DNA of 64,000 nt from an uncultured bacterium. GTDB lineage: Bacteria > Pseudomonadota > Gammaproteobacteria > Enterobacterales > Enterobacteriaceae. The first letter of the stretch is position 1; every line of letters begins with the position of its first letter. Below are positions 46,684 through 57,411 of the stretch, one piece after another. Location: positions 40,015 through 104,014 of the forward strand of contig CBCTJT010000017.1 of assembly GCA_965147305.1 (NCBI GenBank), given 5' to 3'. Below the pieces are notes generated by a model. It saw only the letters and a list, made by a program, of their open reading frames with translations, was not told where the DNA came from and did not search any database. The position numbers were made by a program, and so were the translations under genes.

Positions 46684-47526
46684 TTATTCTGGAACGATCT
46701 GCGTCACGCTGTAGTGACCGGTGCCCGCTGGAACCAGCTTCTGGTGCAGCCATGGCAGCAGCTCTTCCATCTGCGCTTTCAACTTCCACGGTGGGTTAAT
46801 CACGATCATGCCTGAGGCGGTCATGCCGCGCTGATCGCTGTCCGGACGCACCGCCAGTTCGATCTGCAGGATGTTGCGGATATTAGTTGCCTGCAAATCT
46901 TTCACCATGTGTTTGATTTGCTGACGCATCACCACCGGATACCACAGTGCGAATACGCCAGTGGCGAAGCGCTTGTGACCTTCCTGAATGCCTTTCACCA
47001 CATCCTGATAATCGCTTTTCATTTCATACGGCGGATCGATCAGAATCAAACCGCGACGGCTCAGCGGTGGCAGTTTGGCTTTCAACTGCTGATAACCGTC
47101 GCCACGTGCTACACGCGCTCGGTCATCTTTGCTGAACTCATTACGCAACAGCGGGTAGTCGCTGGAGTGCAGTTCGGTCAGCTCCAGTTTGTCTTCTTCA
47201 CGCAGCAAATAGCGGGCGATCAACGGCGAACCCGGATAATAGCGCAGCGTGCCATGCGGGTTGAGGTTGCGAACGGCCGTCAGATACGGCTTCAGCAGTT
47301 CTGGCGCGTCTGGCTGCTGCCAGATGCGGCCAATGCCTTCCAGATATTCACCGGTACGCTCGGCGTGCTCTCCGCTCAGCTGGTAACGTCCGGCACCGGC
47401 GTGGGTATCCAGATAGAGGAAAGGTTTTTCCTTCTCCATCAGTGCGGTGAGGATCAGGCTTTCAACGGTATGTTTGAGCACGTCGGCATGGTTGCCGGCA
47501 TGAAAACTGTGGCGATAACTCAGCAT
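46684..47526 (-). CDS. rlmJ: 23S rRNA (adenine2030-N6)-methyltransferase
   Basis: MLSYRHSFHAGNHADVLKH is the hallmark RlmJ N-terminus. IDPPYE motif; 280 aa. Adjacent to prlC as in E. coli. Confidence 0.9.
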   Translation of the reverse strand: MLSYRHSFHAGNHADVLKHTVESLILTALMEKEKPFLYLDTHAGAGRYQLSGEHAERTGEYLEGIGRIWQQPDAPELLKPYLTAVRNLNPHGTLRYYPGSPLIARYLLREEDKLELTELHSSDYPLLRNEFSKDDRARVARGDGYQQLKAKLPPLSRRGLILIDPPYEMKSDYQDVVKGIQEGHKRFATGVFALWYPVVMRQQIKHMVKDLQATNIRNILQIELAVRPDSDQRGMTASGMIVINPPWKLKAQMEELLPWLHQKLVPAGTGHYSVTQIVPE

Positions 47527-47749
47527 AAAAAAGAGGGGTCCGCGGTTGGATCAAAGGAGATAAAAACATCGTGTGTGGCGCGATTATAGCCGCGCTGCGT
47601 AAAAATTGCTGACGTTTCGGCGCTCGCGCTTTTTTCTTTACGGGTCCATTCTCAGTAGCATTGATTTTCACGTTCACTGACCGCATGTTAGAAAGATTGC
47701 GTCGCGCCATTGCGCGCCACCCCCACTCCATGAAGAAAGGACTGCGCTT

Positions 47750-49792
47750 ATGACCAATCCGTTACTCACCCCTTATACGCTACCGCCGTTTTCCGCGATT
47801 AAACCTGAGCATGTGGTTCCCGCTGTGACTGAAGCGCTGAACAACTGTCGCGCTGAAGTTGAACGCGTTGTGGCACAGGGTGCACCTTACACTTGGGACA
47901 ATTTAGTGCAGCCACTGGCGGAAGTGGATGACCGTCTGAGCCGTATTTTCTCGCCGGTGAGCCATCTCAACTCAGTGAAGAACAGCCCGGAACTGCGTGA
48001 AGCGTATGAGCAGACGCTGCCGCTGCTGTCGGAATACAGCACCTGGGTGGGACAAAACGAAGGCCTGTATCAGGCTTATCGTGATTTGAAGCAGGGCGAC
48101 AGCTATGCCGCGCTGGATCTTGCGCAGAAGAAAGCCGTAGATAACGCACTGCGTGATTTCGAACTCTCTGGTATCGGCCTCGATAAAGAGAAGCAGAAGC
48201 GCTATGGCGAAATCGCCGCGCGCCTGTCTGAACTGGGTTCGACCTACAGCAACAACGTGCTCGACGCCACCATGGGCTGGAGCAAGTTGATCACCGATGA
48301 AGCCGATCTGGCGGGCATGCCAGAAAGCGCGCTGGCTGCGGCCAAAGCGCAGGCCGAAGCCAAAGAACAAGAAGGCTGGCTGCTGACGCTGGATATCCCA
48401 AGCTATCTGCCCGTCATGACCTATTGCGATAACGCCGCGCTGCGCGAAGAGATGTATCGCGCCTATTCAACGCGTGCTTCTGAGCAGGGCCCGAATGCCG
48501 GCAAATGGGATAACGGCCCAATCATGGCCGAAGAGCTGGCGCTGCGTCACGAGCTGGCACAGCTGCTGGGCTTTGACTCCTTCGCACACAAATCACTGGC
48601 GACCAAAATGGCTGAGAACCCGGCTCAGGTGATCGACTTCCTGACCGACCTTGCCAAACGTGCCCGCCCGCAGGGTGAGAAAGAGTTAGCGCAACTGCGC
48701 GCCTTCGCCAAAAAAGAGCATGGCGTTGATGAGATGAATCCGTGGGATCTCACCTATTACGGCGAGAAGCAGAAACAGCATCTCTATACCATCAGCGATG
48801 AGCAGCTGCGTCCATACTTCCCGGAAGAGCGCGCGGTGAGCGGCCTGTTTGAAGTGGTGAAACGCATTTACGGTATCACCGCGAAAGAGCGTAAAGACGT
48901 GGATGTGTACCATCCAGACGTGCGTTTCTTCGACCTGTTTGATGAAAGCGGTGAGCTGCGCGGCAGTTTCTACCTCGATCTGTATGCGCGTGAACACAAA
49001 CGTGGCGGTGCCTGGATGGACGATTGCGTCGGTCAGATGCGTAAAGCTGATGGCAGCCTGCAGAAGCCGGTGGCGTACCTTACCTGTAACTTCAATCGTC
49101 CGGTACAGGGCAAGCCTGCGCTGTTTACCCACGATGAAGTCACCACGCTGTTCCACGAATTTGGTCACGGCCTGCACCACATGCTGACGCGCATCGAAGC
49201 GCCGGGCGTGTCGGGTATCAGCGGTGTGCCATGGGATGCAGTCGAGCTGCCGAGCCAGTTTATGGAAAACTGGTGCTGGGAGCCGGATGCGCTGGCGTTT
49301 ATCTCCGGCCACTACGAGACCGGCGAACCGCTGCCGAAAGATCTGCTGGATAAGATGCTGGCGGCGAAGAACTATCAGGCGGCGCTGTTTATCCTGCGTC
49401 AGCTGGAGTTTGGCCTGTTCGACTTCCGCATGCACACCGAATTCAATCCGGAAAAAGGCGCGCAGATCCTCGAAACCCTGCGTGAAGTGAAGAAGCAGGT
49501 TGCCGTGGTGCCAAGCCCAGAGTGGGGTCGTTTCCCGCATGCATTTAGCCATGTGTTTGCCGGTGGTTATGCAGCAGGCTACTACAGCTATCTGTGGGCC
49601 GATGTACTGGCGGCGGATGCTTACTCACGCTTTGAAGAAGAGGGTATCTTCAACCGTGAAACCGGTCAGTCGTTCCTCGACAACATCCTGACGCGCGGCG
49701 GTTCTGAAGAGCCAATGGAGCTGTTCAAACGCTTCCGTGGCCGTGAACCGCAGCTGGATGCGATGCTGGAACACTACGGAATTCAGGGATAA
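47750..49792 (+). CDS. prlC: Oligopeptidase A (M3 family)
   Basis: 680 aa. HEFGHGLHH zinc motif. Collinear with E. coli PrlC. Confidence 0.95.
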   Translation: MTNPLLTPYTLPPFSAIKPEHVVPAVTEALNNCRAEVERVVAQGAPYTWDNLVQPLAEVDDRLSRIFSPVSHLNSVKNSPELREAYEQTLPLLSEYSTWVGQNEGLYQAYRDLKQGDSYAALDLAQKKAVDNALRDFELSGIGLDKEKQKRYGEIAARLSELGSTYSNNVLDATMGWSKLITDEADLAGMPESALAAAKAQAEAKEQEGWLLTLDIPSYLPVMTYCDNAALREEMYRAYSTRASEQGPNAGKWDNGPIMAEELALRHELAQLLGFDSFAHKSLATKMAENPAQVIDFLTDLAKRARPQGEKELAQLRAFAKKEHGVDEMNPWDLTYYGEKQKQHLYTISDEQLRPYFPEERAVSGLFEVVKRIYGITAKERKDVDVYHPDVRFFDLFDESGELRGSFYLDLYAREHKRGGAWMDDCVGQMRKADGSLQKPVAYLTCNFNRPVQGKPALFTHDEVTTLFHEFGHGLHHMLTRIEAPGVSGISGVPWDAVELPSQFMENWCWEPDALAFISGHYETGEPLPKDLLDKMLAAKNYQAALFILRQLEFGLFDFRMHTEFNPEKGAQILETLREVKKQVAVVPSPEWGRFPHAFSHVFAGGYAAGYYSYLWADVLAADAYSRFEEEGIFNRETGQSFLDNILTRGGSEEPMELFKRFRGREPQLDAMLEHYGIQG

Positions 49793-49800
49793 GCCTGCTT

Positions 49801-50550
49801 GTGAATATCGGTTTAATCGATGAATCAGGCGCCGGAGACGGCGCCTTATTACATCTGGCGCAGCGCTGGGGTTTACAGCATGACGATCAGGCGCTGATGG
49901 CGCTGGTGCTGACGCCGGAGCGCCTTGAGCTGCGCAAGCTGGATGAGCCAAAACTGGGCGGCATCTTTGTGGATTTTGTCACTGGCGCGATGGCGCATCG
50001 CCGCAAGTTTGGCGGTGGTCGCGGCGAGGCGGTGGCGAAAGCCGTGGGCATCAAAGGCGGCTATCTGCCGGATGTGATCGACGCGACGGCGGGACTGGGG
50101 CGCGATGCTTTTGTGCTGGCGGCATTAGGCTGTCGGGTGCGGATGCTGGAACGTCATCCGGTGGTCGCGGCTTTGCTCGATGATGGTTTGCGCCGCGGTT
50201 ATGCCGATGCGGAAATCGGTGGCTGGCTGCGTGAGCGTCTGACGCTGCTGCATGTGGTGAGTCAGCAGGCATTGAGTGACATCACGCCCGCGCCGGATGT
50301 GGTGTACCTCGATCCGATGTATCCCCATCGTCAAAAGAGCGCGATGGTGAAGAAGGAGATGCGCGTGTTTCAGTCGCTGGTGGGACCCGATGAGGATGCC
50401 GATGCGCTGCTGGAACCGGCGCGCCGTCTGGCGAAGAAACGCATTGTGGTGAAACGACCGGATTACGCGCCGCCGTTAGCCGGTGTGGCAACGCAATCGG
50501 CGGTGGTGACTAAAAGCCATCGCTTTGATATCTACCCACCATTGGTTTAA
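49801..50550 (+). CDS. rsmJ: 16S rRNA (guanine1516-N2)-methyltransferase
   Basis: GTG start 8 nt after the prlC stop. [34 protein letters not shown] and [14 protein letters not shown] match E. coli RsmJ (YhiQ). Confidence 0.9.
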   Translation: MNIGLIDESGAGDGALLHLAQRWGLQHDDQALMALVLTPERLELRKLDEPKLGGIFVDFVTGAMAHRRKFGGGRGEAVAKAVGIKGGYLPDVIDATAGLGRDAFVLAALGCRVRMLERHPVVAALLDDGLRRGYADAEIGGWLRERLTLLHVVSQQALSDITPAPDVVYLDPMYPHRQKSAMVKKEMRVFQSLVGPDEDADALLEPARRLAKKRIVVKRPDYAPPLAGVATQSAVVTKSHRFDIYPPLV

Positions 50551-50580
50551 AAAAACAGGGCCAGCTAAGCTGGCCCTGCT
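50549..50580 (-). terminator. Hairpin terminator (uspA side; shared with the rsmJ 3' end)
   Basis: CAGGGCCAGC-TAA-GCTGGCCCTG, preceded on the plus strand by A7, which is the U-tract for the minus-strand uspA transcript. Confidence 0.75.
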
Positions 50581-50581
50581 G

Positions 50582-51019
50582 TTATTCGTCGTCTTCGTCA
50601 CGCAGCGGCACAATCAACATATCGATATGTACGGTGTTGATCAGCTGGCGCGCTGATGACATCAGCTTGCTCCAGAAATCCTGGTGGTGGCCGCAGACCA
50701 CCAAATCCACATCATATTTCTTAATCGCATCTACCAGCACCTGGCCGAGATCGCCGCTACCGCTCAGGGTTTCACTGATCGGGTAACCGGCATTGGTGGA
50801 AAGCTCTTTCAGCGCAGTGTGCGTCTCTTCAGAAATGCGTTTCTGCATGTCGCCCAGATTGACATCAATCAGCCCGGTGTAGAGGTCTGAGTAATTCACA
50901 TCAACGTGGATCAGCGAGATTTTTGCATCGTAAGGACGGGCCAGCGAAACGGCTTTATCAACCAGTAACTGGCTTTCCGGGGAAAGGTCTACTGCAATCA
51001 GGATGTGTTTATAAGCCAT
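50582..51019 (-). CDS. uspA: Universal stress protein A (145 aa)
   Basis: ORF trimmed to [17 protein letters not shown] (GGAG SD). Collinear with E. coli UspA. Confidence 0.95.
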   Translation of the reverse strand: MAYKHILIAVDLSPESQLLVDKAVSLARPYDAKISLIHVDVNYSDLYTGLIDVNLGDMQKRISEETHTALKELSTNAGYPISETLSGSGDLGQVLVDAIKKYDVDLVVCGHHQDFWSKLMSSARQLINTVHIDMLIVPLRDEDDE

Positions 51020-51440
51020 GATAAAACTCCTTCTCAAGATTCTGGGGCTACCTGAATTCCCGCCGCTCGGCGAGCGAAATCCTTTGCGCGAAACAGCGAT
51101 GAAGCGCCACCAACCACAATTTATGCCCTGCAGGCGTTCTGTTGTTATGTCCTGAGTATAGCCAGAGTTGTTAACAAATGCTGCAATCCACGGCTCGCTT
51201 GTGAGGAAGATCAAGCGCTATCGCGATTTTCACTCGCGGTGAACGAAAATCATCGCTGGAAAAAAATTGAACAGATCTCCTACACTGAAAATGAGTGCCA
51301 CTGCCGTCTGGGTGACGCGCTCGGGTTCGCATAACAACAATGCAATTCGATTCATCTGTGGCTGGTTAATTTCCCGTGGGGCGTCTACAGCATTTCCCCG
51401 CTGCCTTCGACGTCATTACGGCTCCAGCTGGGAGGGGAAC

Positions 51441-51776
51441 ATGATCAGCACTATCGCGCTTTTTTGGGCTCTGTGTGTGGTTTGTCTGGTGAATATGGCG
51501 CGCTACTTCTCTTCTTTGCGCTCGCTATTGGCTGTGCTGCGCGGTTGCGATCCGCTGCTGTATCAATATGTGGATGGGGCGGGTTTCTTCACGTCTCATG
51601 GTCAGCCGAGCAAGCAGGTGCGGCTGGTGCGTTATATCTGGGATAAACGCTATCGCGATCATCACGACGACGAATTTATTCGCCGCTGCGAACGCGTGCG
51701 CAGGCAGTTTGTCTTGACCAGTGGGCTCTGTTTTCTGGTGGTGGTGAGCTTGATTGGTCTGGCGATCTGGCATTAA
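51441..51776 (+). CDS. uspB: Universal stress protein B (111 aa)
   Basis: ORF trimmed to [27 protein letters not shown] (GGGAGGGG SD). Same length and N-terminus as E. coli UspB. Divergent from uspA. Confidence 0.9.
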   Translation: MISTIALFWALCVVCLVNMARYFSSLRSLLAVLRGCDPLLYQYVDGAGFFTSHGQPSKQVRLVRYIWDKRYRDHHDDEFIRRCERVRRQFVLTSGLCFLVVVSLIGLAIWH

Positions 51777-51786
51777 ACAGCGGCAA

Positions 51787-51827
51787 TAAAAAAGGGCGAC
51801 CTGTGATAAACAGTCGCCCTCTTGTTT
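51787..51827. terminator. Bidirectional terminator between uspB and pitA
   Basis: AAAAAA-AGGGCGAC-(12 nt)-GTCGCCCT-CTTGTTT. A/T tracts on both sides. Confidence 0.75.
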
Positions 51828-51839
51828 GCCGCTAATGGC

Positions 51840-53339
51840 TTAGATAATTTTCAGCGCGATCCAGTACAGCGAACCTGACAGCACAATACACACCGGCAGG
51901 GTGAACACCCACGCCATGGCGATATTCTTGATGGTGCGGCTCTGCAATCCACCGCCATCCACCAGCATGGTACCGGCAACGGACGATGACAGGATATGCG
52001 TGGTCGACACTGGCATACCGGTGTAGCTGGCAACGCCAATCGACACCGCAGCGGTGACCTGCGCAGACATGCCCTGTGCGTAGGTCATGCCTTTCTTACC
52101 GATCTTCTCGCCGATGGTGGTCGCCACACGACGCCAGCCAATCATGGTACCGATGCCCAGAGCTAACGCTACGGCCATGATGATCCAAATCGGTGCGTAC
52201 TCTACGGTGCCCAGCAGATCGCCCTTCAGCTTGTTGAGGAAGCGCTTATCGTCCGGAGTAGTCTCTGGCAGTTTCGCGGCTTTATCGGCCGTGTCCGAGA
52301 CGCACATCAGCAGGCGACGCATCTGGCTGCGCTGATCAACGGTCAGTTGGTCATAGCTGTTCAGATTAGTCAGCAGCACCTGCGCACGGTCAATGGCCTG
52401 CAGCGCACGGCTGCTGTCGCAATGGAACTCATGCGGACCGCCCACGGCTTCTTCCGGTGAAGGTACCGCAGGCGGTGCCATCTGGATGATATGGGTGAGT
52501 GAATCGCTGTGCTGCTGGTAATACTGCTCCAGATGATTGACCGCATCACGCGTACGCGTGATGTCATAGCCCGAGGCGTTCATGTTAACCACGAAGCCAG
52601 CGGGTGCCACACCAATCAGCACTAACATAATCAGGCCAATGCCTTTCTGACCATCGTTAGCACCGTGGGAATAGCTCACGCCAATCGCCGAAACGATCAA
52701 AGCAGTACGCGTCCAGAACGGCGGCTTTTTCTTGCCATCGATCTTTTCACGGTCAGCTGGCGTCATATGAATGCGTGCGCGCTTAGGGGTGTTGCTCCAG
52801 TAACGGCGCAAGATAAAGATGAGCGTACCCGCAATCACCAGGCCGACGATAGGCGATAGAATCAGTGACAGGAAAATATTGATGACTTTCGGCAGGTTGA
52901 GCGCATCAACCACCGAGGTGCCGGTCATCAGTGCATTGGTGAGACCAATACCGATAATAGCACCGATCAAGGTGTGAGAACTGGAGGCAGGCAAACCCAG
53001 ATACCAGGTGCCAAGATTCCAGATAATCGCAGCCAGCAGCATGGAGAACACCATGGCGAGGCCGTGCGCGGAACCGACATTTAACAGCAAATCTGTTGGC
53101 AGCATATGCACGATGGCATAGGCCACGCTTAAACCGCCCAGCAAAACGCCTAAGAAGTTGAAAACACCCGCCATCACAACCGCCAATTGCGCCCGCATCG
53201 CACGGGTATAAATGACTGTAGCGACTGCGTTAGCAGTGTCATGGAAACCGTTGATTGCCTCATAGAACAATACAAACAGCAGAGCTAATACCAAAAACAG
53301 GCCGGTACTGAGGTCAAGACCAGCGAACAGATGTAGCAT
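51840..53339 (-). CDS. pitA: Low-affinity inorganic phosphate transporter (499 aa)
   Basis: ORF trimmed to [48 protein letters not shown]. Near-identical in layout to E. coli PitA. Confidence 0.95.
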   Translation of the reverse strand: MLHLFAGLDLSTGLFLVLALLFVLFYEAINGFHDTANAVATVIYTRAMRAQLAVVMAGVFNFLGVLLGGLSVAYAIVHMLPTDLLLNVGSAHGLAMVFSMLLAAIIWNLGTWYLGLPASSSHTLIGAIIGIGLTNALMTGTSVVDALNLPKVINIFLSLILSPIVGLVIAGTLIFILRRYWSNTPKRARIHMTPADREKIDGKKKPPFWTRTALIVSAIGVSYSHGANDGQKGIGLIMLVLIGVAPAGFVVNMNASGYDITRTRDAVNHLEQYYQQHSDSLTHIIQMAPPAVPSPEEAVGGPHEFHCDSSRALQAIDRAQVLLTNLNSYDQLTVDQRSQMRRLLMCVSDTADKAAKLPETTPDDKRFLNKLKGDLLGTVEYAPIWIIMAVALALGIGTMIGWRRVATTIGEKIGKKGMTYAQGMSAQVTAAVSIGVASYTGMPVSTTHILSSSVAGTMLVDGGGLQSRTIKNIAMAWVFTLPVCIVLSGSLYWIALKII

Positions 53340-53582
53340 AAACGTTACGCCATTTTTTGGAGGACATGAACGCGGCGCATTATCTGCGACAACCCGCATG
53401 ATGTGAAAGGAAAATATAGTCCTTTTTTGTCTTAAATTTGCCATTTGAATGACTTAATTGGACAAAAAGGCTGAAAAATAAGCGAGTTACAATATGACAC
53501 ATTTACGGCATTTTTTTGACGCTGGCGCGAAATGCCGCAGATCTCTACAATCACCGCCTTTCAATTGAGTGGATAAAGCGCT

Positions 53583-54767
53583 GTGGACAAGTTTGACGTT
53601 ATCGTAATAGGTGCAGGCGCTGCCGGCATGTTCTGTGCGGCGCAGGCAGGGCAGTTGGGTCGTCGGGTGCTGTTGCTGGATAACGGCAAAAAAGCGGGAC
53701 GTAAAATCCTGATGTCCGGCGGCGGCCGCTGCAACTTCACCAATATGTACACCGAACCGGCGGCGTACCTCTCGCACAACCCGCATTTCAGTAAGTCGGC
53801 ACTGGCGCGTTATACCCAGTGGGACTTCATCGATCTGGTCAATCGCCATAAAATTGCCTATCACGAGAAAACCCTCGGACAGCTGTTCTGCGATGAGTCG
53901 GCGCAGCAAATTGTTGATCTGCTATTAAAAGAGTGCGAAGACGGGCAGGTCACCGTGCGTTTGCGCAGTGAAGTGCTGAGCGTGACGCGGGATGAAAACG
54001 GCTACACGCTGCGGCTGAATGGCTCTGAGTTGCAGGCTGAGAAATTGGTCATCGCCAGCGGTGGCTTATCAATGCCGGGGCTCGGCGCGACGCCGTTTGG
54101 CTACAAAGTGGCTGAGCAGTTTGGTTTGAAAGTCTTCCCGACGCGTGCTGCGCTGGTGCCTTTCACTTTGCACAAACCGCTGCTGGAGCAGTTAAACACG
54201 CTGTCGGGTGTGGCACTGCCCACCACCATCACCGCGCAGGATGGCACGCTGTTCAAAGAAGCGATGCTGTTTACCCATCGCGGCTTGTCGGGCCCGGCGG
54301 TACTACAAATCTCCAGCTACTGGCAGCCGGGTGAGTTTGTCACCATCAATCTGTCACCGGAAACCTCGCTGGAAGATTTCATCAACGTGCAGCGCGAGGC
54401 GCATCCGAACCTCAGCCTGAAAAACAGCCTGGCGAAAATCCTGCCGAAGCGTCTGGTGGAAGTATTGCAGGAGCTGAAGCAGATCCCGGATGTGACGCTG
54501 AAGCAGCTCAACAGCAAGCAGCAGGCCGAGTTAGTCACCACGTTGCATCAGTGGCGCGTGCAGCCGAATGGCACCGAAGGTTATCGCACTGCCGAAGTGA
54601 CGATGGGCGGCGTCGATACCACGCAGCTCTCTTCCAAAACCATGGAAGCGCGCGATGTACCCGGTTTGTACTTTATTGGCGAAGTAGTGGATGTCACCGG
54701 CTGGCTCGGCGGATATAACTTTCAGTGGGCGTGGAGTTCAGCCTGGGCTTGCGCGCAGGCGCTGTAA
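53583..54767 (+). CDS. yhiN: NAD(P)/FAD-dependent oxidoreductase, BaiN/YhiN family
   Basis: GTG start. DKFDVIVIGAGAAGMFCAAQAG...GRKILMSGGGRCNFTN matches YhiN. Next to pitA as in E. coli. Confidence 0.85.
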   Translation: MDKFDVIVIGAGAAGMFCAAQAGQLGRRVLLLDNGKKAGRKILMSGGGRCNFTNMYTEPAAYLSHNPHFSKSALARYTQWDFIDLVNRHKIAYHEKTLGQLFCDESAQQIVDLLLKECEDGQVTVRLRSEVLSVTRDENGYTLRLNGSELQAEKLVIASGGLSMPGLGATPFGYKVAEQFGLKVFPTRAALVPFTLHKPLLEQLNTLSGVALPTTITAQDGTLFKEAMLFTHRGLSGPAVLQISSYWQPGEFVTINLSPETSLEDFINVQREAHPNLSLKNSLAKILPKRLVEVLQELKQIPDVTLKQLNSKQQAELVTTLHQWRVQPNGTEGYRTAEVTMGGVDTTQLSSKTMEARDVPGLYFIGEVVDVTGWLGGYNFQWAWSSAWACAQAL

Positions 54768-54774
54768 GTTATCC

Positions 54775-54989
54775 GGTCGCCATGAATGGCGACACTACAG
54801 CGCTAATGCGAAGATCTGCATAATGGCTACACGACAACCCAAATACGCGGATCGGCTCAATGGCCATGCTAAGCGTTAATGCATAGATCGGTGTAATGGC
54901 CATACTAAATCGTTAATGCCTGGATCGGTATAAGGCCCCGCAATATCCCTAATGCGCGTTTTTTCGTTGGGTGCGCATTGATGCGCACC
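54775..54989. repeat. Composite repeat: REP (54775-54793), ~4.3 copies of a degenerate 37-bp unit (54801-54958), REP (54970-54989)
   Basis: GGTCGCCATGAATGGCGAC. Units CGYTAATGCnnnGATCnGnnTAAKGGCC start at 54801, (~54838), 54874, 54911 and 54948. GGTGCGCATTGATGCGCACC. Confidence 0.75.
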
Positions 54990-54994
54990 TGGAG

Positions 54995-55987
54995 TTATTG
55001 TGCGGCTTTGCCAGCCAGCGCCGCGGCGGGTGTCAGGGTTTTCGGCTGGTCGTGCAGCAACACTTGCCCCAGCAGGCTATCGCTGTTCACCACACCATAT
55101 TTCAGATGCGTCGCGATATATTTGCGGTCGAAGCTGGTGAGTTTATACACCGGCGGCAAAATCTCAGGTAAAGCATCCACCATCAGCATGCGGCTCAGTT
55201 TCACCGGACGCCAGCCGCTCAGAGTTTGATATAACAACGCACCGGCTTCCGCTCTACGCAAGTAGAAGTTGTAGTGATTCTCTTCCCTCAGCGCCTGCTG
55301 CTGAGCGATATACACCACCAGATAGTCCGGCGTCTTAATGCCCTGCAAAATCGTGTCGTAGTTCGGCAATGCCAGCAATTGCTGGAAGAAGGCTTCGGAG
55401 CCTAACTCCACAATCGGGCGGAAGCAGTGCAGCCAGCGGCCAATAAAGGCATTGTTTTTCGGTGCCGCCAGGAACCAGGACTCCATCACCGGATAGGCGC
55501 GGTCGCGGGTGGATTCCTCGCGATAAAAAGCCACCAGGTCATAACGTTCATCTGCGTTGACTGCTAATAGCTCGTCGAGGCTGCGATTGAGGATAATGGT
55601 GGCATCCATCCAGATTCCGCCATAACGGTGCAGCAACTCCAGTCGAATCACATCGCTTTTATGCGAAGCCCGCATCCCCGCGTGGACAAATTTCAGGTCT
55701 GGTAAATACTCGTGCAGATTGAAATTGTTGATCACCGTCAGTGCATAACCTGGGTTTTCACGGGCAATCTTATCGACAAAAATCTGGACTTCAGCCGGGA
55801 GCTTTTCACTTTCCCAGTACATCCAAATCTGACGTGGAATCGGTGCAGGCGGATTTGCACGAGTCTGCAGGTTAATATCTTGCTCGGCTGAAGCGTTATA
55901 GGCGGGAAGACGCTTGCGTGTGGTCAGTTTTTTTTCCGCCAGCAATGCCAGCGAAATTAAATGCATTTTAAGTTTATGGTTGGACAT
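54995..55987 (-). CDS. Putative glycosyltransferase (capsular-polysaccharide-synthesis / DXD sugar-transferase-like)
   Basis: IWMYWESEKLP...HKSDVIRLELLHRYGGIWMDATII resembles the Caps_synth/Gly_transf_sug core (from memory). Third codon ATG at 55987 preferred (AGGA SD spacing); ORF opens at 55993. Confidence 0.55.
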   Translation of the reverse strand: MSNHKLKMHLISLALLAEKKLTTRKRLPAYNASAEQDINLQTRANPPAPIPRQIWMYWESEKLPAEVQIFVDKIARENPGYALTVINNFNLHEYLPDLKFVHAGMRASHKSDVIRLELLHRYGGIWMDATIILNRSLDELLAVNADERYDLVAFYREESTRDRAYPVMESWFLAAPKNNAFIGRWLHCFRPIVELGSEAFFQQLLALPNYDTILQGIKTPDYLVVYIAQQQALREENHYNFYLRRAEAGALLYQTLSGWRPVKLSRMLMVDALPEILPPVYKLTSFDRKYIATHLKYGVVNSDSLLGQVLLHDQPKTLTPAAALAGKAAQ

Positions 55988-56268
55988 GAACATTCCTGTA
56001 ACCCGCTCGGCCGCTATCCCAGCTTTGCCGCTTTACGGCAAAAAACTGGCCCTGTGACAGCGGACACGATGAAGCGCTAATGGCGCAAAAAGTGGCTCAA
56101 AATTAACAAACAGCGCCGAACCGCTCAATAAATAAACGCTGAAAACGTCACTTTAAGAGAATACGCAGATGGCATGAATGCGTGTTGCCGTTGAAGCGGG
56201 TGTTTAAGGGCTGTTGACCGCTGAATCTGTTAAGATCACCGCGTTTTTTCTCACTGGCCCATGATTCT

Positions 56269-56616
56269 ATGTTCAAACTTAAATTCCTTCTGCCCGTGCT
56301 TATCGTCATCAGCGCGGCTGTCTGGTGGCTGATGCCGCACTATAGCGATGAAGACAAAGGCTATTACATCGCCATGTTCTGCACCCTGACGCATGACGGG
56401 CGGGATAATTCACCGCAGGCGATGCAGCAGATCATTGAAGGCAGTAACTCCGATTACGCGCTGCAGAAAATCCATTTCCAGTCGGGTCTGGCAGAACATC
56501 TGCAAACAGTGTGGCAGGATTTGTCGCCGGAACAGCAGCAGCAGGCGCGGCAGGAAGCGCTTTCCTGCCGCAAGGTGATGTCTGAAAAATTATTACCGGG
56601 TAAAGCGGTGCAGTGA
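56269..56616 (+). CDS. Small membrane-anchored or exported protein, 115 aa, two Cys (hypothetical)
   Basis: N-terminal hydrophobic segment FKLKFLLPVLIVISAAVWWL. Gln/Glu-rich C-terminal half; Cys38 and Cys100. Same length and W-x17-C spacing as the protein at 34727. Confidence 0.55.
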   Translation: MFKLKFLLPVLIVISAAVWWLMPHYSDEDKGYYIAMFCTLTHDGRDNSPQAMQQIIEGSNSDYALQKIHFQSGLAEHLQTVWQDLSPEQQQQARQEALSCRKVMSEKLLPGKAVQ

Positions 56617-57312
56617 TTAATGCAGCGGCAGCGCGAGCACCTCGTCGGTGGTTTTAATCTCGGCAAACACATCGGCAACACCCGCCAGTGCGCTCTGCTG
56701 CAGCACCTTGTGATCAACCACTTTATTATTCCAGGTTGCCAGATCGCGCGTGGCGGTGGCATCTTCCGGAATGATCACCGCATAGCCGAGCGGCACAGCA
56801 TCGCGTGCGGTGGATGACACACACATATGGGTCATCAGGCCAGCCACAATCAGCTGTTTAATGCCGAGCGCATCCAGTTGCTGCTGCAGGTCAGTACCGA
56901 CGAAGGAGCTGGGGGTGGCTTTGGTAATGACGCGGTCATTTTTACCCGGCTGTAAATCCTTGTGGAAATCAGCAAAGCGACTGCCTTTAGCGAACAGCGG
57001 GCCATCTGCTGCGCCAAGATGCTGTACAAAGAAGACGGGCATCCCATTTCTGTGGGCATGTTCCACAATACGTTTGCTGTTTTGCAGGGCTTGCATACCC
57101 TCTGGGATCGGCATCTTGCCGCCTGGGAAGTATTCATTCTGAATATCAATGACGATCACCGCCGTTTGTTTGGCCGTGAGTTGGGTGGTGGGCGTTGCGC
57201 CACTCATGGTGCGAATTGTCGGTGCCTGACTGGCCTGACGGTCTTCCGCAAATGCATTGCCGGAAATGGCCATCGCCAGCGCTAAAGTTCCTGAAGCAAT
57301 CATGCTTTTCAT
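56617..57312 (-). CDS. Exported isochorismatase-family cysteine hydrolase (231 aa)
   Basis: ORF trimmed to MKSMIASGTLALAMAISGNAFA/ED (Sec signal). AVIVIDIQNEYF and LIVAGLMTHMCVSSTARDA (catalytic Cys) are family motifs. Confidence 0.8.
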   Translation of the reverse strand: MKSMIASGTLALAMAISGNAFAEDRQASQAPTIRTMSGATPTTQLTAKQTAVIVIDIQNEYFPGGKMPIPEGMQALQNSKRIVEHAHRNGMPVFFVQHLGAADGPLFAKGSRFADFHKDLQPGKNDRVITKATPSSFVGTDLQQQLDALGIKQLIVAGLMTHMCVSSTARDAVPLGYAVIIPEDATATRDLATWNNKVVDHKVLQQSALAGVADVFAEIKTTDEVLALPLH

Positions 57313-57411
57313 CGATGATAATCCTTTGTTAGTGAGCGAATGCCAGAGGTCAGGCTGACCTCCGATGCTCAGCAGTATGGCGATTAAACCCACAGTGAAG
57401 GAGTACGGCGG

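Noticed and set aside
47527-47749. Heat-shock (sigma32) promoter expected upstream of prlC
   Set aside because: A CCCCACTCCAT-like -10 is visible near 47720. I could not find a CTTGAAA-like -35 at acceptable spacing, so no promoter is called.
48686-49552. 288-aa minus-strand ORF inside prlC
   Set aside because: Antisense shadow ORF of oligopeptidase A, with no independent coding evidence.
50582-51214. N-terminally extended versions of track ORFs (e.g. 210-aa uspA, 169-aa uspB, 534-aa pitA, 472-aa gor, 343-aa rbn)
   Set aside because: The extensions lack homology to the known proteins. Internal Met codons match ortholog N-termini and have properly spaced SD sequences, so the features use the trimmed coordinates.
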